Source: a virus
Lineage: Duplodnaviria; Heunggongvirae; Uroviricota; Caudoviricetes
Length of the DNA stretch: 21,799 nt
Virus record (IMG/VR): IMGVR_UViG_2690316325_000016
Strand: one strand, 5' to 3'
The notes below the pieces were generated by a model. That model did not search any database. It was given only the letters and a program-made list of their open reading frames with translations, and had not been told where the DNA came from. Numbering within the stretch: the first letter of the stretch is position 1; each line of letters opens with the position of its first letter. The position numbers and the translations under genes were made by a program. Positions 15,891-21,799 of the stretch are shown piece after piece.

Positions 15891-15939
15891 AATGTTTTGA
15901 TAAAAAAACATTGACCTGAAAAGTTTGTTTTTCTAAACT
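15891..15939 (+). promoter_or_regulatory. PL-like promoter with overlapping operator
   Basis: Inverted repeat AATGTTTT-N6-AAAACATT (15891-15912) overlapping -35 TTGACC (15911-15916); 17 nt spacer; -10 TAAACT (15934-15939). Confidence 0.45.
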
Positions 15940-16118
15940 TCATTCATTCCCTCACCCCATCCTACAGAATGCAGGGCAATACTTCGAGTTACCAGGCAGT
16001 GGTCAGGGGTTAAGTAGCCAGCCCGAGGCGTAAGAACATGACGGCAGGGTTCAACTTTAATAACTATGCAGCAGGTTTTTGTTCCGCTACCCCGGCGTTA
16101 AGGGGAAATGAGGTCAGC

Positions 16119-16274
16119 ATGGATACTATCGATCTTGGCAACAACGAATCTCTGGTGTACGGCGTGTTTCCAAACCAGGACGGCACCTTCACCGCAATGA
16201 CGTATACAAAAAGCAAAACGTTTAAAACCGAAAATGGTGCCCGTCGCTGGCTGGAAAGAAACTCAGGTGAGTGA
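16119..16274 (+). CDS. ydfA: YdfA-like small protein (DUF1391), 51 aa
   Basis: GAGG SD; first gene of dicB-type operon. Confidence 0.75.
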   Translation: MDTIDLGNNESLVYGVFPNQDGTFTAMTYTKSKTFKTENGARRWLERNSGE

Positions 16275-16275
16275 T

Positions 16276-16404
16276 ATGGATTTTGACACAATCATGGAAA
16301 AGGCTTACGAAGAATACTTCGAAGGCCTTGCCGAAGGCGAAGAAGCTCACAGCTTCAACGAATTTAAACAGGCGCTTTCCAGTTCGGCAAAATCTAACGG
16401 CTGA
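16276..16404 (+). CDS. ydfB: YdfB-like small protein, 42 aa
   Basis: MDFDTIMEKAYEEYFEGLAEGEEAHSFNEFKQALSSSAKSNG; starts 2 nt after ydfA stop. Confidence 0.7.
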   Translation: MDFDTIMEKAYEEYFEGLAEGEEAHSFNEFKQALSSSAKSNG

Positions 16405-16433
16405 TAAGCGAAACAGCACCGCGAGGAATCAGT

Positions 16434-16652
16434 ATGCAGAAACGAGAACCCGTCATCATCGCGCCAGACTATACCGATGATGAACTTTATGAGTGGATGC
16501 GCCAGAAAATTAATGCAGCGCAGGATCTGAAATGGGCTAATGAAGCCAGGGCTAAGCAGGCTGAAAATCTGTCCGCTCTGGAGCAGGATATCACCAATCT
16601 GGAAAAAGCAGCGGCATTAAGCATTGCCAGAATGATTACATACCCGCGTTAG
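16434..16652 (+). CDS. ydfC: YdfC-like protein, 72 aa
   Basis: GAGG SD 9 nt upstream of ATG; operon position. Confidence 0.75.
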   Translation: MQKREPVIIAPDYTDDELYEWMRQKINAAQDLKWANEARAKQAENLSALEQDITNLEKAAALSIARMITYPR

Positions 16653-16992
16653 TAGCTAATCAACAAAGCTAAGGTTAGTAATTAAGGAGTTCTCCACGGG
16701 TGAGGTGGAGTGCGTGCGCCGGACACGGGTGCGCATCCGGAACTGACAGTTTACTGAAAGGATATTTCCCTGAAAAGTCAGACCATAACGCGAAAGCGCA
16801 CGGCGAGGTAGCTGGTTCATAGATAGCCTGTCGTTAAATTTTCGTCGACCGTGCGCTTCCGGTTGTGGCAACCCGCGAAATGGCGCGGCGGTAAGTATGG
16901 CGGGGTTATTCCTTCCCCGTTGAGGACACCGGGTTGTCAGGTTGACCATACGCTTAAGTGACAACCCCGCTGCAACGCCCTCTGTTATCAAT

Positions 16993-17050
16993 TTTCTGGT
17001 GACGTTTGGCGGTATCAGTTTTACTCCGTGACTGCTCTGCCGCCCTTTTT
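16993..17050 (+). ncRNA. dicF: DicF small regulatory RNA (ftsZ-targeting), processed from dicB operon transcript
   Basis: Sequence TTTCTGGTGACGTTTGGCGGTATCAGTTTTACTCCGTGACTGCTCTGCCGCCCTTTTT matches recalled DicF; terminal hairpin plus U-tract; correct spacing between ydfC and dicB. Confidence 0.8.
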
Positions 17051-17219
17051 AAAGTGAATTTTGTGATGTGGTGAATGCGGCTGAGCGCACGCGGAACAGT
17101 TAAAACCAAAAACAGTGTTATGGGTGGATTCTCTGTATCCGGCGTTAATTGTTAACTGGTTAACGTCACCTGGAGGCACCAGGCACTGCATCACAAAATT
17201 CATTGTTGAGGACGCGATA

Positions 17220-17408
17220 ATGAAAACGTTATTACCAAACGTTAATACGTCTGAAGGTTGTTTTGAAATTGGTGTCACTATCAGTAACCCAGTATTTACT
17301 GAAGATGCCATTAACAAGAGAAAACAAGAACGGGAGCTATTAAATAAAATATGCATTGTTTCAATGCTGGCTCGTTTACGTCTGATGCCAAAAGGATGTG
17401 CACAATGA
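17220..17408 (+). CDS. dicB: DicB cell-division inhibitor (MinC activator), 62 aa
   Basis: MKTLLPNVNTSEGCFEIGVTISNPVFTEDAINKRKQERELLNKICIVSMLARLRLMPKGCAQ. Confidence 0.85.
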   Translation: MKTLLPNVNTSEGCFEIGVTISNPVFTEDAINKRKQERELLNKICIVSMLARLRLMPKGCAQ

Positions 17409-17596
17409 ATTCAGCATTTGTGCTTGTTCTGACAGTTTTTCTTGTTTCCGGAGAGCCAGTTGATATTGCAGTCAGTGTTCACAGGACAATGCAGGAGTGT
17501 ATGACTGCAGCAACCGAACAGAAAATTCCCGGTAACTGTTACCCGGTCGATAAAGTTATTCACCAGGATAATATCGAAATCCCGGCAGGTCTTTAA
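17405..17596 (+). CDS. ydfD: YdfD-like small membrane protein, 63 aa
   Basis: ATGA overlap with dicB stop; hydrophobic N-terminus. Confidence 0.75.
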   Translation: MNSAFVLVLTVFLVSGEPVDIAVSVHRTMQECMTAATEQKIPGNCYPVDKVIHQDNIEIPAGL

Positions 17597-17688
17597 AACA
17601 GTTCCGTAATAAATATCCGGTTTCATTCTTATATGCCAGCAATGGCAGGGATTTGTTCATCCTTAAATCTGTCATGAGGTTAAAACAA

Positions 17689-20160
17689 ATGAGTAAAGTC
17701 TTTATTTGCGCCGCTATTCCTGACGAACTGGCAACAAGGGAAGAAGGCGCTGTGGCTGTAGCCACAGCCATTGAAGCTGGCGACGAACGCCGTGCTCGAG
17801 CAAAATTTCACTGGCAATTCCTGGAACATTATCCGGCTGCTCAGGACTGCGCTTATAAATTTATTGTCTGCGAGGATAAACCTGGCATACCCCGCCCTGC
17901 CCTCGATTCATGGGATGCTGAATATATGCAGGAAAACCGCTGGGATGAGGAGTCTGCTTCTTTTGTCCCGGTTGAGACTGAATCCGATCCGATGAACGTC
18001 ACTTTTGACAAGCTGGCCCCTGAAGTACAGAACGCTGTCATGGTTAAGTTCGACACATGTGAAAACATCACCGTTGATATGGTTATTAGCGCACAGGAAT
18101 TGTTGCAGGAAGACATGGCAACATTCGACGGACATATCGTTGAAGCGTTGATGAAAATGCCAGAAGTTAACGCCATGTATCCGGAGCTTAAGTTGCACGC
18201 CATTGGGTGGGTTAAGCATAAATGTATTCCTGGTACTAAATGGCCCGAAATTCAGGCAGAGATGCGCATCTGGAAAAAACGTCGCGAAGGTGAACGCAAG
18301 GAAACCGGAAAATACACGTCTGTTGTTGATCTCGCCCGCGCCAGAGCCAATCAACAGTACACTGAAAATTCAACAGGAAAAATCAGCCCGGTCATTGCTG
18401 CCATTCATCGCGAATACAAGCAGACATGGAAAACACTGGATGACGAACTGGCCTACGCTCTCTGGCCTAGTGATGTGGATGCCGGAAACATTGACGGCAG
18501 CATCCATCGCTGGGCAAAAAAAGAAGTTATCGACAACGACCGCGAAGACTGGAAGCGTATCTCGGCATCAATGCGCAAACAGCCTGATGCCCTTCGCTAC
18601 GACCGCCAAACTATTTTTGGCCTTGTCCGTGAGCGTCCGATCGACATTCACAAAGATCCCGTAGCACTGAACAAATATATCTGCGAATACCTGACGACAA
18701 AGGGCGTGTTTGAGAATGAAGAAACAGACCTGGGCACTGTTGATGTTCTCCAGTCATCAGAAACACAAACTGATGCAGTGGAAACTGAGGTATCTGATAT
18801 CCCAAAAAATGAAACCGCGCCGGAAGCTGAACCATCTGTAGAGCGTGAGGGGCCGTTCTATTTCCTCTTCGCAGATAAGGACGGAGAAAAATACGGTCGC
18901 GCAAACAAACTCTCTGGTCTGGATAAGGCACTGGCTGCTGGCGCCACTGAAATCACAAAAGAAGAATATTTTGCCCGAAAAAATGGCACATACACGGGCT
19001 TACCGCAAAATGTAGATACCGCTGAAGATTCAGAACAACCAGAGCCGATAAAAGTTACCGCTGACGAAGTAAACAAAATTATGCAGGCAGCCAATATCAG
19101 CCAGCCTGACGCCGATAAGTTGCTTGCTGCATCACGTGGTGAATTTGTTGAAGGGATTAGTGACCCGAATGATCCGAAATGGGTTAAGGGGCTCCAGACC
19201 CGCGATTCTGTGAACCAGAACCAGCATGAATCGGAACGGAACTACCAAAAAGCGGAACAAAACAGTCCAAATGCGTTACAAAACGAGCCAGAAACGAAAC
19301 AGCCTGAACCAGTAGCGCAACAGGAAGTGGAAAAAGTCTGCACCGCCTGCGGTCAGACCGGCGGCGGCAACTGCCCTGATTGTGGCGCGGTGATGGGCGA
19401 CGCAACATACCAAGAAACATTCGATGAAGAGTATCAGGTTGAAGTTCAGGAAGATGATCCGGAGGAAATGGAAGGCGCTGAACATCCACACAAGGAGAAC
19501 ACTGGCGGCAATCAGCATCACAATAGCGATAATGAAACTGGCGAGACGGCAGATCACCCAATTAAGGTGAACGGTCATCACGAAATCACATCCACCAGCA
19601 GGACGTGTGACCATCTAATGATCGACCTTGAAACCATGGGAAAAAATCCTGATGCCCCGATCATCTCAATAGGTGCAATATTTTTCGATCCGCAAACCGG
19701 AGATATGGGACCGGAATTTAGTAAGACTATCGATCTGGAAACTGCTGGCGGAGTCATTGATCGGGACACCATTAAATGGTGGCTTAAGCAATCACGCGAA
19801 GCGCAATCTGCCATTATGACCGATGAAATCCCGTTAGATGATGCACTGTTACAATTGCGAGAATTTATCGACGAAAACTCCGGTGAATTTTTTGTTCAGG
19901 TTTGGGGAAATGGAGCCAACTTCGACAACACGATTTTGCGCCGTTCATACGAACGGCAGGGGATCCCCTGCCCGTGGCGTTACTACAACGATCGCGATGT
20001 ACGCACAATCGTTGAGCTGGGGAAAGCCATAGACTTCGATGCCAGAACGGCTATTCCATTCGAAGGTGAGCGCCATAATGCACTTGATGACGCCCGTTAC
20101 CAGGCAAAATACGTTTCAGTTATCTGGCAAAAACTGATCCCGAGTCAGGCTGATTCTTAA
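17689..20160 (+). CDS. Large early protein: YdfE/RecE-like N-terminal and middle region, Cys4 zinc ribbon, and C-terminal DnaQ-like (DEDDh) 3'-5' exonuclease domain
   Basis: GAGG SD before ATG 17689; RecE-like segment [28 protein letters not shown]; exo motifs [25 protein letters not shown]. Confidence 0.75.
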   Translation: [823 protein letters not shown]

Positions 20161-20171
20161 TGTTCAACTGT

Positions 20172-20203
20172 CGCCGGTTGTGACTGGTATTCTGCAACCG
20201 GCG
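20172..20203 (+). other. 9 bp stem hairpin between exonuclease gene and xis
   Basis: cgccggttg-14 nt loop-caaccggcg; no U-tract. Confidence 0.3.
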
Positions 20204-20232
20204 CTCGTCTGATGTAAGAGATAAAGAAATCG

Positions 20233-20484
20233 ATGAGCGAAGTAATCATGATTGTCTCTCCCGGCAAATGGGTATCCGAAGAGCAGTTAATTGCGCTGAA
20301 AGGAATAAAAAAAGGTACGTTAAAAAAGGCCCGGGAAAAATCGTTTATGGAAGGAAGGGAATATAAGCATGTCGCTCATGACGGTATGCCATGGGATAAC
20401 AGTCCATGCTTTTACAACCTGGAAGAAATTGATCGCTGGATTGAGCGCCAGGCATCAGCGAGACCAAGACGTCATCTTACTTGA
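20233..20484 (+). CDS. Excisionase-like protein (alternative start at 20248)
   Basis: 83 aa ORF immediately upstream of integrase. Confidence 0.6.
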   Translation: MSEVIMIVSPGKWVSEEQLIALKGIKKGTLKKAREKSFMEGREYKHVAHDGMPWDNSPCFYNLEEIDRWIERQASARPRRHLT

Positions 20485-20518
20485 CTAAAAGCCACACTAA
20501 CTAATGAGAGAAGTTGAA

Positions 20519-21799
20519 ATGAAATATCCGACAGGCGTGGAAAACCATGGAGGGAAATTACGTATCTGGTTTGTTTATAAAGACGTAAGAGTCAGGGAAA
20601 ATCTGGGGGTTCCTGACACAGCAAAAAACAGGCGCGTTGCAGGTGAACTACGCTCCTCTGTTTGTTACGCAATAAAAACTGGTGTTTTCGACTATGCAAA
20701 ACAGTTTCCCTCCTCACGCAATCTGGAAAAATTTGGTGAGGCCCGACAAGATTTAACCATAAAAGAACTGGCTGAAAAATTTCTGGCACTGAAAGAAACT
20801 GAAGTCGCCAAAACATCACTCAACACATACCGTGCCGTCATCAAAAATATCCTGAGCATAATCGGTGAAAAAAATCTTGCCTCATCGATTAATAAAGAAA
20901 AATTACTGGAGGTTCGTAAAGAGTTACTGACTGGATACCAGATCCCCAAAAGTAACTATATTGTTACACAACCAGGGAGATCGGCTGTAACTGTAAATAA
21001 TTACATGACAAATCTTAACGCCGTGTTCCAGTTTGGTGTTGATAACGGTTACCTGGCAGATAATCCGTTTAAGGGGATCTCGCCATTAAAGGAATCAAGA
21101 ACCATTCCGGATCCTCTTTCGCGGGAAGAATTTATCCGTCTTATCGATGCGTGCAGAAATCAGCAAGCAAAAAATTTATGGTGTGTTTCTGTTTATACTG
21201 GAGTTCGCCCTGGTGAGCTGTGTGCACTTGGATGGGAGGACATAGATCTGAAAAATGGAACAATGATGATCAGGAGAAATTTAGCAAAAGACCGTTTCAC
21301 GGTACCAAAAACACAGGCGGGAACCAATCGGGTCATTCATCTTATTAAGCCAGCAATCGACGCTCTCCGGAGTCAGATGACATTAACGAGACTGAGCAAA
21401 GAGCATATCATTGATGTTCACCTCAGAGAGTATGGCAGAACAGAAAAACAAAAATGCACCTTTGTTTTTCAACCTGAAGTGTCAGCGAGAGTAAAAAATT
21501 ATGGTGACCATTTTACCGTTGACTCAATAAGGCAGATGTGGGACGCAGCGATAAAACGTGCCGGACTCCGCCATCGAAAATCATATCAGTCGAGACATAC
21601 TTATGCCTGCTGGTCGCTGACAGCTGGTGCTAACCCGGCATTTATAGCAAACCAGATGGGCCATGCAGATGCGCAAATGGTATTTCAGGTATACGGAAAA
21701 TGGATGTCTGAAAACAATAATGCACAGGTAGCTTTGTTAAATACACAGTTAAGCGAGTTTGCCCCAACCATGCCCCATAACGAAGCAATGAAAAATTAA
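20519..21799 (+). CDS. Tyrosine-type site-specific integrase (lambda Int family); stop codon is the last 3 nt of the window
   Basis: 426 aa from ATG 20519 (GAGAGAAG SD); C-terminal catalytic region with R...HxxR...Y (HTYACW...VYGKW). Confidence 0.9.
   Translation: MKYPTGVENHGGKLRIWFVYKDVRVRENLGVPDTAKNRRVAGELRSSVCYAIKTGVFDYAKQFPSSRNLEKFGEARQDLTIKELAEKFLALKETEVAKTSLNTYRAVIKNILSIIGEKNLASSINKEKLLEVRKELLTGYQIPKSNYIVTQPGRSAVTVNNYMTNLNAVFQFGVDNGYLADNPFKGISPLKESRTIPDPLSREEFIRLIDACRNQQAKNLWCVSVYTGVRPGELCALGWEDIDLKNGTMMIRRNLAKDRFTVPKTQAGTNRVIHLIKPAIDALRSQMTLTRLSKEHIIDVHLREYGRTEKQKCTFVFQPEVSARVKNYGDHFTVDSIRQMWDAAIKRAGLRHRKSYQSRHTYACWSLTAGANPAFIANQMGHADAQMVFQVYGKWMSENNNAQVALLNTQLSEFAPTMPHNEAMKN

Noticed and set aside
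16656-16991. 111 aa minus-strand ORF in the ydfC-dicF spacer
   Set aside because: Antisense to a plus-strand operon, in a GC-rich region expected to be the structured DicF precursor; Arg-rich translation typical of out-of-frame GC-rich DNA.
17853-19814. Minus-strand ORFs inside the large exonuclease gene
   Set aside because: Antisense shadows within an 835 aa ORF with recognisable motifs.
21700-21799. attachment site (att core) at the integrase 3' end
   Set aside because: The window ends at the integrase stop codon; the att site probably lies beyond the window and cannot be assessed.

Overview
The whole window is one lambdoid prophage segment with lambda-like synteny, running from the integrase (which ends exactly at the window's 3' edge) to a portal gene truncated at the 5' edge. 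Plus strand: a CI-type repressor (HTH + S24 peptidase) followed by a PL-like promoter and an early-left operon (ydfA, ydfB, ydfC, DicF sRNA, dicB, ydfD, a large RecE-like protein with a DnaQ-like exonuclease domain, excisionase, integrase). Minus strand: Cro-like and CII/YdaT-like regulators, an iteron-bearing replication gene, a nin-like block of small genes (two very acidic proteins, a two-TM peptide, a Hok toxin, a DUF968 protein, RusA), a Q-like antiterminator, a PR-prime/tR-prime module, tRNA-Ile2(CAU) and tRNA-Arg(UCU), an AT-rich moron island, a pinholin/SAR-endolysin/Rz/Rz1 lysis cassette, bor (plus strand), and HNH endonuclease, small and large terminase and portal. No CRISPR array, rRNA or transposase was found. 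The best candidates for undescribed biology are the AT-rich moron island at the classical Stx-equivalent locus, whose codon usage matches the two phage tRNAs, and the pair of overlapping, strongly acidic small proteins in the nin-like region. All calls rest on reading the sequence and recalled family signatures; no database search was run.
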